A stretch of DNA of 64,000 nucleotides from Giardia intestinalis (lineage: Eukaryota). Each line of letters opens with the position of its first letter. The first letter of the stretch is position 1. The stretch lies in the NCBI GenBank assembly GCA_000002435.2, contig CM018789.1; one strand, 5' to 3'. Positions 30,948-39,462 of the stretch are shown here, piece by piece. Both the position numbers and the translations under genes were made by a program. Under the pieces are notes generated by a model. It ran no database searches. It saw only the letters and a program-made list of their open reading frames with translations, and was not told the DNA's origin.

Positions 30948-32276
30948 TTATTTGTTGGTGCTAGAAGGGAACGCGGTGTTGCGTTTCTCCGAGATCTTAA
31001 AATCTTTGGGAGCACCCTGCCTGTTCAACCTCGTTTGCGGGCCCGGCTCATAATAGTCTACCTCGAAAAGCTTCTCGTCGACAACGGAACTCCCCAGAAG
31101 GCTTTTCTCCTCCCTCAACCTCTGGATCGCCTCCTTGGCCATGTCAGCTGTCGAGAACAGAACATTAACGTGGAACTTAGCCTGGTCAAGCTTGGGGTCC
31201 AGGACCTTGGGAGGAAACTTGATCTCATATACATCCTCGCCCCAGATGTCTCTAATTCTCCTTTCAAACTCTTTCTGATCCAAATCAAGCTTCAATCCAT
31301 AGATACTAATGTTCCTTTTAGACGAGCAGTACTTGACGAAGTTCTCGCGCATCACCCTCTTCAGCTGCAGCGAGCGCAACCCCCTCGAGAGGAACTTGCA
31401 AGCCTGGATATTATACTTCTCTGCGTTGTCTGCGAATCCCTTGATGATCCTTTCGGCGTCTTCAACTCCCCTGGCTTTTACGACACACCAGGAGTTGTCC
31501 GTCCTGAAGGGCTCGGGACGACTGTCCCTCCTCATAATAATGGATGTCAGGTAGTACTCCTCCAGAAGGGCCTCAAGAGGCTTTCCGCAGAAGGAAACCA
31601 TGAGCTGCTTGAACTTGTCCAGGTCGTCTGCGTACTCGGGGGGAATGTTCTTAATGAAGATTGAGTTAGTGTTGCTGATGCGCTCCTCTGCAGTAAGGTA
31701 GCGGGAAGAAGTGACCTTGTTCACGCCGAGGAACTTCCCATTCGTCTCCCTTACAGCACGGTCAGCCTCTTCGTCAGAAAGAAACATGACGTACCCCATG
31801 GCCGAGCCGATAGGCGCCTGCGTTTTGTCCTCGGCCCCTTTGACGCGGGTGTCCCGGTTTGATACTAGCTTAGCGCTCAGCACAGTTCCAAAGGTGGAGA
31901 ACACGGACCTCAGTCCACTTACTGTGACGTCCTTGGGTAAGTTCTGAACCACCATCATCCCCGTCTTGGCCTTAATCCTCTTGGCCAAGTCCTGGACAAA
32001 CGGCGAGAAGTAAATCTGGTGCGGCTTCTGGTTGATCATCAAATTGATGTTGCTGAGAGCTTCTATCGCCGCCGCTGCAAGGTCCGGGTTGTCGAACTGG
32101 ACGACCATGTAACGGCCGGTCTCCGTGCCTGAGCCGCGATCCTTGGAGAGGCGGACCCTCTCGTGCTCTTTGAAACCGGTGACACCGGCCTGTGAGAGGA
32201 GCGCATAGACGTCCGACGCACCGAAGTTCTCAGGGATGTTGGAGATGAAGATGGATGGCGTGGGGCCGGATGACAT
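30948..32276 (-). CDS. RNA-binding protein with multiple degenerate RRM domains, 442 aa
   Basis: Repeated RNP2-like (IFISNIP, MVVQNLP, IFIKNIP) and RNP1-like (GYVMFLSDEEADRAV) blocks with about 90-aa spacing. Confidence 0.55.
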   Translation of the reverse strand: MSSGPTPSIFISNIPENFGASDVYALLSQAGVTGFKEHERVRLSKDRGSGTETGRYMVVQFDNPDLAAAAIEALSNINLMINQKPHQIYFSPFVQDLAKRIKAKTGMMVVQNLPKDVTVSGLRSVFSTFGTVLSAKLVSNRDTRVKGAEDKTQAPIGSAMGYVMFLSDEEADRAVRETNGKFLGVNKVTSSRYLTAEERISNTNSIFIKNIPPEYADDLDKFKQLMVSFCGKPLEALLEEYYLTSIIMRRDSRPEPFRTDNSWCVVKARGVEDAERIIKGFADNAEKYNIQACKFLSRGLRSLQLKRVMRENFVKYCSSKRNISIYGLKLDLDQKEFERRIRDIWGEDVYEIKFPPKVLDPKLDQAKFHVNVLFSTADMAKEAIQRLREEKSLLGSSVVDEKLFEVDYYEPGPQTRLNRQGAPKDFKISEKRNTAFPSSTNK

Positions 32277-32424
32277 ACTAACGCTTCGGCGGAGTATTCT
32301 TTATTAAGACAGAAATCGAATTAGAAACATTTCCTGTTACTAAAAATGAAAAAAGCGGCAATTATCACAAACAGCTATAATGTGAACATATGACAAAGTC
32401 TGGAAACAAATAGCGCTCAGCGGC

Positions 32425-33624
32425 ATGTCCGGGATTGCATGTCCCTTTTGTCAGAAGAAGTTTCAGGCACAGGACCTCATTACCCACTGCCGGATCTGCC
32501 GAGCTCTCCAAGCTGAGGCTAGCTCTGCCGGTCAACAAACCAAGACAGACACCCAGCGGTCCAGGCAGCCTGTTGGAGCCGGTGAACGCACATCTAACCG
32601 CGTATCAGAGGATTTTTCTACAAGGAAGGTCCAGGATAGTTCCAAACGCTCCTACGTTCAACAGGAACAGGAGAGTTCTCCTTCTAGAAACCACTCTGCA
32701 AACACTCCTGCGAGGACTTCTGATCCAGCAGAGGGCGAAGAGTCCCGAGAGGAGTGTCCCCATTGCGGTCGCAGGTTCATTTCTAGTCGCCTTGAGAAGC
32801 ACGTCAGTGCATGCGCTAAGCTTAGTACGCGGAGAGTCCCATCCTTCAATCCTCATGACCAGCGCTGGAGGAATGTCAGCAATGAAGATAGGCAGCTGGT
32901 CAACGAAGCAGAGCCAAGCACGCCGATGTCGCGTTCCATGGTGAAGTCCAAAACCCCTGTCCGCAAGAAACTCAACTGGAATACATCAGATATGGCCGCA
33001 AGCTTTGGGCAAGAAAAGTTGGCTTTCAATCCCACATATGATGACAATGTGGCCCCCCAGCGGCCCGTTCAGCATAGCCCGCCGCCGCCGCAGCAACAGC
33101 AACAATCTGACGAGAAGCCCAAAGATTCAGTAAAGGAAGATCGCATCCCAGAGCCACGTTCACCAGAGCGTCCTAAATCTGCCATCCAAAGAGATGAGCC
33201 AACAGATCCCCGTAGTGTCCCAGACCCTGCTTTCATGGCGTCAGCTGTCGAGTCTAAGCATCGACACAGGCACCGTCGCCGCCATGAGCACGGGCACACT
33301 CCACGAGTGCCTTCGGAGACATCTCGATATGTGTCTAGCACTCCTGGCCATACTGTGCCTGCATATGTCTCGGGCGTGCCAGCACACCTCGTGCAGCAGC
33401 CAGCGCAGCTTACTCATCAAACCCCTCTGGCCATACCGCAGCTGTCAACCGTGGCAGTATCATCTGGCGTTCCTGGGCTTCCTGTGCGAATTATGGCCAC
33501 GCCTCCAGAGCTGTGCACCTTTTGCATTTACTGCGGCTTAAAATTCCATCCAGATGCGGTCTTTTGCGGAAATTGTGGTAGTAAGCGACAATCCTATGAC
33601 CAGATTTATGGTGCACCCCAGTGA
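32425..33624 (+). CDS. C2HC zinc-finger protein (ZC2HC1-like) with a C-terminal zinc ribbon, 399 aa
   Basis: Two CPxCxxxFxxxxLxxHxxxC units (CPFCQKKFQAQDLITHCRIC; CPHCGRRFISSRLEKHVSAC). Low-complexity middle region. C-terminal CTFCIYCGLKFHPDAVFCGNCG. Confidence 0.5.
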   Translation: MSGIACPFCQKKFQAQDLITHCRICRALQAEASSAGQQTKTDTQRSRQPVGAGERTSNRVSEDFSTRKVQDSSKRSYVQQEQESSPSRNHSANTPARTSDPAEGEESREECPHCGRRFISSRLEKHVSACAKLSTRRVPSFNPHDQRWRNVSNEDRQLVNEAEPSTPMSRSMVKSKTPVRKKLNWNTSDMAASFGQEKLAFNPTYDDNVAPQRPVQHSPPPPQQQQQSDEKPKDSVKEDRIPEPRSPERPKSAIQRDEPTDPRSVPDPAFMASAVESKHRHRHRRRHEHGHTPRVPSETSRYVSSTPGHTVPAYVSGVPAHLVQQPAQLTHQTPLAIPQLSTVAVSSGVPGLPVRIMATPPELCTFCIYCGLKFHPDAVFCGNCGSKRQSYDQIYGAPQ

Positions 33625-33628
33625 CAGA

Positions 33629-34498
33629 CTACTTGTCCTTCTCAATCCGGCGTATGGTGTTCTCTTGATCGTCGCGAACATCTCCTCGAACCTCAAGCCT
33701 AAAAATCCCTGCTATCATTCTAATTATCATCACCATCCAATATACGTCTATGACATAGAGACTCGTAAGGACACCATAGAACCCCCACCTGTGTAGTTTT
33801 GTCTCTCCACAGTTCTGACCTGCTCCTAGTCTCTTTTCAACCAGGAAGTCACACTTTCCTGCTATCGGCGGTATTATAAGGTATGTGGGGTAAACAACTA
33901 TTCTAGCAATGAAGAAGGTCAAGGCAAAGAGCACAAAGGTCACCAAAGACCAGGGCTCTCCTATGGTGAGGTTGATGATCTTTGAGGCTTCGAGAAAAAT
34001 GTCCGATACGTCGTGGAGGTTTGCGAGTATCAGCCCAAAGTTGTAGTGGCGGAAGGAGTATCCTGCCACTATCAATGTACATGCAATCACATGATGTGCT
34101 AGCATCACTGTAAAGTCTTTATTGTTCTTCCTTGTCTCCGAGAATAAGAAAAGCAAGCTGACAGAGTATACCGTAAGCTGACAGATAAAGAACTTGTGCA
34201 CGTTAGCAGAGAAGGACAGCCTGAGAGGATAGTCGCTGAAGAAGGCTTCAAAGTGGTATGGCTGTATCCCTCTTTCCTTTATCAATGCGTGAGAAAACCA
34301 GTACAGTAGTGTATACTGAATCAGATAAAACCCAGACTCTGCCACTTTTCCTTTAGCAACAGGATGTGCTGATGCCCATGGCGTGCGACTAGCTACATAA
34401 CGAAGACAGCCACTTAGCATGTAGCGTATGCCCGCCCAGATAGGGATAGTAAACACCAAACAACTGTAATGTAACCAGTTTATGGGGAGCGAGAGCAT
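33629..34498 (-). CDS. Ceramide synthase (TLC / Lag1 longevity-assurance family), 289 aa
   Basis: Multi-TM protein with the Lag1 motif (MLAHHVIACTLIVAGYS, containing the conserved HH) and the downstream LHDVSDIFLEASKI block (D.sD.fLE.sK). Confidence 0.8.
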   Translation of the reverse strand: MLSLPINWLHYSCLVFTIPIWAGIRYMLSGCLRYVASRTPWASAHPVAKGKVAESGFYLIQYTLLYWFSHALIKERGIQPYHFEAFFSDYPLRLSFSANVHKFFICQLTVYSVSLLFLFSETRKNNKDFTVMLAHHVIACTLIVAGYSFRHYNFGLILANLHDVSDIFLEASKIINLTIGEPWSLVTFVLFALTFFIARIVVYPTYLIIPPIAGKCDFLVEKRLGAGQNCGETKLHRWGFYGVLTSLYVIDVYWMVMIIRMIAGIFRLEVRGDVRDDQENTIRRIEKDK

Positions 34499-34510
34499 TT
34501 AAGTTTCCGA

Positions 34511-35308
34511 CTAGATTGCAGTATACAGTTTGGTTCTATTCATCTTGGCATAAATGGGATATAACGACAACGGGGGAGAGTGTGCTTCTTGTGAATTACT
34601 AACTAACTTCGTAGCCACTTGAGGCCCATCTAATGTACCTCTATTTGGTTGTAGTGGCACGTCTAGTTGTATACGGTTCCGGCGTATATAGCTACAGATA
34701 TATTGTCGATAGTCTTTTGCTGTTGCTGCTACCCCTGTTGATGACGCACGTTTGGAATGAGAGCAGTGAGTATCTTTAGCTGTTCGCTTTTTGGGTCTGT
34801 GCTTCAGGTATGCAGTATATTCCCTTTGACGGGTAGCTGCCAAGTCTGTACAGCTCTTAGCACATAGGCACTCGGCCTGCACTCTATCTGATTGACGTAG
34901 TGCACTTGAGCTTATCGCTATTGAGCCATGGACATTCTCTGCGTCCACTGTAGCGTAGTCTGTCACATGAGCAGATGGGACAGTCGAAGAATCATCGGAC
35001 GAGGACTCTAAGCCAAGAAGAGAGTACACTCTCGACTTGCAGACTGCGGGAGACGAGAGGGTAGCATTGCCTATAACATCCCATGCGTCGCCGAACAGAC
35101 GGTAGAGTCTCAGGAGCTCGTTATCAGTGACTACGCTTACGGTGCGCTTGTACTGCAGCACATGAGCCCAGCGCTCCCTACACTCTTGCGGACTTCTTCC
35201 CACTAGCAGGCTTGAGATAGCGCCCCACTTGTGCACGCCATACCTATTTACTGCTTGCTCAAGCATTATGTCATCCTCCTTGCGCCATCTGACTTCTTCT
35301 AACGACAT
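34511..35308 (-). CDS. Myb/SANT DNA-binding-domain protein, 265 aa
   Basis: The N-terminal repeat WRKEDDIMLEQAVNRYGVHKWGAISSLLVGRSPQECRERW fits the Myb repeat (W..eED..L...v..yG...W..Ia..l.gR...qCreRW). A second degenerate repeat follows. Confidence 0.6.
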   Translation of the reverse strand: MSLEEVRWRKEDDIMLEQAVNRYGVHKWGAISSLLVGRSPQECRERWAHVLQYKRTVSVVTDNELLRLYRLFGDAWDVIGNATLSSPAVCKSRVYSLLGLESSSDDSSTVPSAHVTDYATVDAENVHGSIAISSSALRQSDRVQAECLCAKSCTDLAATRQREYTAYLKHRPKKRTAKDTHCSHSKRASSTGVAATAKDYRQYICSYIRRNRIQLDVPLQPNRGTLDGPQVATKLVSNSQEAHSPPLSLYPIYAKMNRTKLYTAI

Positions 35309-35326
35309 CGGGAATAAAGTTAGGAA

Positions 35327-35725
35327 CTAAATCCCTTGCACCAGTCTCTGGACTCCCTTCTCAAATTTTGCTGCACGGATAAGCTGATTAGGAACAAAGA
35401 AGGGATTCTTGACCACAAAGTCTGCATATAAACGATATAGATCCCGAAGAAACTGGTGAAGCCGCACAATAGGCACATGCTTCGCTGCTGCCGCAATCAA
35501 ACGAATTCCAGTTGGAGTTTCCAAGCACGCGATGCTCCCTGCTGTTGTTCCTATTTCACGTAGCCCAGAGGTGCAGGGCTCTCTTGGACTGCATTCATTA
35601 GACATTATTGACAGGCTGAAATACGTCGAAGCTAGCGCGATATGGTCGTTAGAGTCTAGGTTCTTGATAGTAGAGTAGCTGTACATGAGAGACCCCGAGC
35701 TGTTGATCAAGTAGACCTGCTGCAT
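35327..35725 (-). CDS. TRAPP complex subunit, Bet5/TRAPPC1-like (longin fold), about 133 aa
   Basis: MQQVYLINSSGSLMYSYS ... PTGIRLIAAAAKHVPIVRLHQFLRDLYRLYADFVVKNPFFVPNQLIRAAKFEKGVQRLV resembles Bet5 (MTIYNLYIFDRNG...PSGIKFVLNTD...YVEFVVKNPL...). The track ORF extends to 35860 and overlaps the upstream MFS gene, so the start is re-set to the internal ATG. Confidence 0.65.
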   Translation of the reverse strand: MQQVYLINSSGSLMYSYSTIKNLDSNDHIALASTYFSLSIMSNECSPREPCTSGLREIGTTAGSIACLETPTGIRLIAAAAKHVPIVRLHQFLRDLYRLYADFVVKNPFFVPNQLIRAAKFEKGVQRLVQGI

Positions 35726-35769
35726 GAAGGTTTTTAATTCACTTACAGTGTAATCGTATTCATGCCCAT

Positions 35770-37749
35770 TCACACACGGGCCAAGGAGGCTCTCTCCTCC
35801 TTTTGCTTTTGTTCCAGCTGGTTTGCGACGTTCTGCTCGAGAATAGGCCTTACAAAGCATAAGAAAATGAGGGATACCGAACCATAGAGCATAAACAGCA
35901 AAGATCCATTCCTCCAGTTCCAGTTGTAAAGCTCCCCGGCCATCAATGCAGCCCCGAACCGTCCAATGCTGTTACCTATCTGAAAGAGGCCCATCAACGT
36001 CCCTCTATTCTGGGGAGTGGTATAGAGAGTTGCAAATTGCACGATTAGAGCGTCGCCCAGGTTCAGTGCAATGGTATTGAACGGAAGAAACAAGAGCCAA
36101 ATCGGGATTGGTGGATCAACTGCCCAGCGTAAAAGCCCAGGTATCATTGACAAGATTATAGACATGATAATGACACGCAGCTCACCCATATACTTAGCCA
36201 GGATGCGAGTTAATCCGAGTACAAAGGCCAGTGCTATCAGAACAGAGACAAATGCCGCAATGCTGCTCCACTTCTTTGCGACTTGCGAGTCTGAGAACCC
36301 ATAGAACTTAGAAACTATGTATGTGCTGCTGCTGAACGGAAGCTGAGACGAAAACATTTGGAAAAGGTAAGCAAACCAAAGAATGACAAGCTCCCTACTC
36401 TTCACAAGCACCTTGAACGTGGTGCAGAAGCTGTCCCTCTTCAAGTTTTCCCTGTAGGCAGTGGTGTTGGTTTTCCCCATTTTCTTGGCAGCTTTTCTGG
36501 CAAGAACACCTGCGGACGACTCCTTCATGCAAACAGATAAGATCAAGCATAGGGCATATGAGACAGAAGCCACATAGCATGTGTGCTGGAAACTTATAGA
36601 AACCGCTGACGGATTGGTTTTCGTATCATATCTTCCAGTAGAAAAAACAAAGGACACCAACAAGGAAGCGGCGGCAGACCCCAACTGGTTGCATACATTG
36701 GCACCTATTAGTACCATCGGTCTCACCCTAGGATTGGCGATGTCAGAAGCAATCAGAAATGAAATGGGGATGGTGATGGCAAAGATGCCATTAATAGCAC
36801 GCATCCCAAGGATGAAGTTGATTTTGCTTTGATTTCCGGCAGCTGTATTGGCTTCACCTATTAACAGTGCCAAAGAATAGACAGCCATCATCACGGTATA
36901 TCCTGCAAAGGAGATGGACATGATAATTCGGCGTCCAATAAACTCCGACGCCCAAAGAAGGAGAGGACAGCAAATGAGTTGTGCCAGATTGAAAAATGCG
37001 GTGCTATTGAGTGTCTGCGATGGAGTAGCCGACAGGTCTGTAAGGTAGAATGGCAAAGTAAGGCCTACGCATTGGTACCCCAATCCAGCAACTATATTAA
37101 TGGCCAAAAGGTGTATGACGCGGCAGCTGCACCATGTACGCTTATCCTGGAGGTCCTTATTGTTGTCCATGGCGCTAATGGCCTCTGCGTCAAGGTTGAT
37201 GACCAGCTTGACCTCGTCTGGACAGGGCTTGTAGTCCAGGGTGAAGTGGTCTGCGTTCCAGTCGATCTTCGGGGTGCCCATGAGCTTCTCCACATAGACC
37301 AAGGAGGAGAAAAGGTGGTCGACGAGCTTGAAGTATGTCTCCGTGGTCGCCAGTTCGGGCGCGGGGTGCAGCGGGTCCGGATGCACCCTGTTCATCTCAG
37401 TGCAGTAGTTCTGGTAGCGACGGTGGGCCTCTGCCGGGTCCGCTGCTGGGAGGACCGCTTCGCTAGCTCCCATGGCCTCTGGCAGGTGTAAGTCCATCTT
37501 GGGAGAATCGGCATCCAGGGGCGCGCTGGACGGTCCGGCTGCCGCACACCCTGCAGCGCAGACGACGAGCTCCAAGATGTCTGTGCACTGGATGCAGTCG
37601 CCGAGATAGCGGTCTCGGTTGCTGTCTCCGAGTCCGTACGCGTCGAAAGCGTGTCCCGCCGCAGCCACAAGGAGCCTCAAGTACTCGAAGCAGCGATACT
37701 GTGTGCGCGCCCTGGCCTCCCCGGCCGGGTTTAGAACGAGATTTGCCAT
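35770..37749 (-). CDS. Major facilitator superfamily transporter with an about 200-aa N-terminal cytoplasmic extension, 659 aa
   Basis: About 12 predicted TM helices in the C-terminal 460 aa. MFS loop-2/3 motif SEFIGRRIIMSISFAG. The ATG at 37749 is backed by an AT-rich divergent promoter. Confidence 0.7.
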   Translation of the reverse strand: MANLVLNPAGEARARTQYRCFEYLRLLVAAAGHAFDAYGLGDSNRDRYLGDCIQCTDILELVVCAAGCAAAGPSSAPLDADSPKMDLHLPEAMGASEAVLPAADPAEAHRRYQNYCTEMNRVHPDPLHPAPELATTETYFKLVDHLFSSLVYVEKLMGTPKIDWNADHFTLDYKPCPDEVKLVINLDAEAISAMDNNKDLQDKRTWCSCRVIHLLAINIVAGLGYQCVGLTLPFYLTDLSATPSQTLNSTAFFNLAQLICCPLLLWASEFIGRRIIMSISFAGYTVMMAVYSLALLIGEANTAAGNQSKINFILGMRAINGIFAITIPISFLIASDIANPRVRPMVLIGANVCNQLGSAAASLLVSFVFSTGRYDTKTNPSAVSISFQHTCYVASVSYALCLILSVCMKESSAGVLARKAAKKMGKTNTTAYRENLKRDSFCTTFKVLVKSRELVILWFAYLFQMFSSQLPFSSSTYIVSKFYGFSDSQVAKKWSSIAAFVSVLIALAFVLGLTRILAKYMGELRVIIMSIILSMIPGLLRWAVDPPIPIWLLFLPFNTIALNLGDALIVQFATLYTTPQNRGTLMGLFQIGNSIGRFGAALMAGELYNWNWRNGSLLFMLYGSVSLIFLCFVRPILEQNVANQLEQKQKEERASLARV

Positions 37750-37822
37750 AATGGTGCCTTACAATAAATATTGCAAAAGGATTATTACTTCATTCCTGTT
37801 TTGATATTCCAAAGTTTAAAAT

Positions 37823-39409
37823 TTGAAGATGCCATTGACAAAAGAATCGGCAGCCGTGGAAAAGAGAAAGCTTGATGAAGCGTCCAGTCTCGTTTCCCGT
37901 TTACAGAATAGACTTGTAGAAGGCGTGGGGAGTCGCACTGAGGCAGAGGCCATTCGTCAGAAGATTGTTTCTCTTGGCGGGACTGTCTCCCAAGATGTCA
38001 TGAACAATGCAGTCAAGGCAGTTGCTGTGTCGCGAACTTCTCAAAACCGGATCGGCAGTCTGATGGCTCAAACTAGCGAGCAAGCTAAAGACTTGGGATG
38101 CAGTTCTGAGTACACCCCTTCCAAGGCTGTCCCCGATACATGGGAAGCACTGACACGCGATAGGCTCAAAATAATTCATTCAGAGGAGGAAGAAGTTAAA
38201 GCTGTTCAGTCCCAGAAAGAAAAGGACCTCAAGGAGGCACAGAGAAGAGATATGATAGCAAAACGGAAGGAGCGAGAGCTTGAGGAGAAGCTTGAGAAAA
38301 TGGAGCCTTCGTTTGCTTTGAGAAACACGGCGTGGGATAACTTTGGACGCAGAGATCAAACTTTGGCAAAAGAACGCAACAATCAGGCAGCCAAGGCAGA
38401 GCTGGCCAAGGAACTCAAGAGTGCAGCCATCAAGGAGCAAGAACAGCGCCGACAGCAGCGAAAGGACTACAGACAGCAGGGCCTCTATGACTCTGATGCT
38501 CTTCCACATGACCGTATTGATCCCGCAACGGGCAAACCTCTACATACTGCTCTACCTGATAAGTATTTAGAGAGGATGAAACAGGAAGCGTGCAAGGAGC
38601 ACGATTGGGTGCCCGACATTCCATCTAGGACTGAAACCTTACAGCGTGCAATGTTAGGGCTCAACCAGCCAACAGACATTCAGGCATCGGGGGTTGGCAA
38701 CTCAATATCGTCAGGCGCTATGCAGTCGCGAGCAGGTTTCAAACATACAACCAAAGTACAAGCCTATCAGGAGCGCGCGAGGGCAGAGAAAGAAGAACTC
38801 AAGAACATGTCGAAAGTATACAAGACTCAAGAGATACAGAATCAGAACCTATTCAGCAAGGCAAACTCGACTGCAAACATCGCCAGGCACGATGCCATGG
38901 TTGCCGAAGTGCATACAAAGAAAATCCAGGACGAGCTGGAACTACGTCAGCGCCGAGAAGGTGGTATGGAGCTGCCTACAGCAGACGAAGTTGCTCACTC
39001 AAAGAAGGGCGCTTTTACATCTACTAAACCAGTCGAATATTCTCCTGAAGATGAAAGGATCCCTTATAACGCAAAGGGCGCCTCCTACATAGATCAGTTT
39101 GGCATTGAGGACGAAGCTAGGATGCGTCGCGACCGCAAGCACGTCGCACCCTTAACAGAGGAAGAGAAACGAAAGCTGGAGAAGGAGTTCTATTACAAGA
39201 GGAATCCCCACAAGCGGCCTCTGAGCCCCACCGTTGCTGCGATTATTGAGAATGAAAAAGCGCTGTCGGCAAATAAGGCTACACGCAATCCAGTGAAGGC
39301 TGCGCCTAACCTCGATGTTCCTCTTCAGAGAAAAGAAGACTTTGAAAGGCTCAATTCCGAAGAGATGAAGATCAATGCACTCCCTTGCTACATAAAGCCC
39401 CTCATCTAG
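37823..39409 (+). CDS. Charged (Lys/Glu/Arg/Gln-rich) coiled-coil protein, 528 aa
   Basis: Long ATG ORF with an AT-rich initiator. No catalytic motifs. An AGTAAAT signal follows the stop. Confidence 0.55.
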   Translation: MKMPLTKESAAVEKRKLDEASSLVSRLQNRLVEGVGSRTEAEAIRQKIVSLGGTVSQDVMNNAVKAVAVSRTSQNRIGSLMAQTSEQAKDLGCSSEYTPSKAVPDTWEALTRDRLKIIHSEEEEVKAVQSQKEKDLKEAQRRDMIAKRKERELEEKLEKMEPSFALRNTAWDNFGRRDQTLAKERNNQAAKAELAKELKSAAIKEQEQRRQQRKDYRQQGLYDSDALPHDRIDPATGKPLHTALPDKYLERMKQEACKEHDWVPDIPSRTETLQRAMLGLNQPTDIQASGVGNSISSGAMQSRAGFKHTTKVQAYQERARAEKEELKNMSKVYKTQEIQNQNLFSKANSTANIARHDAMVAEVHTKKIQDELELRQRREGGMELPTADEVAHSKKGAFTSTKPVEYSPEDERIPYNAKGASYIDQFGIEDEARMRRDRKHVAPLTEEEKRKLEKEFYYKRNPHKRPLSPTVAAIIENEKALSANKATRNPVKAAPNLDVPLQRKEDFERLNSEEMKINALPCYIKPLI

Positions 39410-39418
39410 CGCTCCTCA

Positions 39419-39425
39419 GTAAATG
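39419..39425 (+). promoter_or_regulatory. AGTAAAT polyadenylation signal 10 nt after the 37823-39409 stop
   Basis: tagcgctcctcAGTAAATggcc. Confidence 0.5.
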
Positions 39426-39462
39426 GCCCGTGAGAACTTGATTTACTAGGGAGACGAACGTA

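Noticed and set aside
31035-31664. 209-aa plus-strand ORF inside the RRM-protein gene
   Set aside because: It is wholly antisense to a longer ORF with RRM motifs.
36979-37491. 170-aa plus-strand ORF inside the MFS gene
   Set aside because: It is wholly antisense to the MFS gene, which has TM architecture and motif support.
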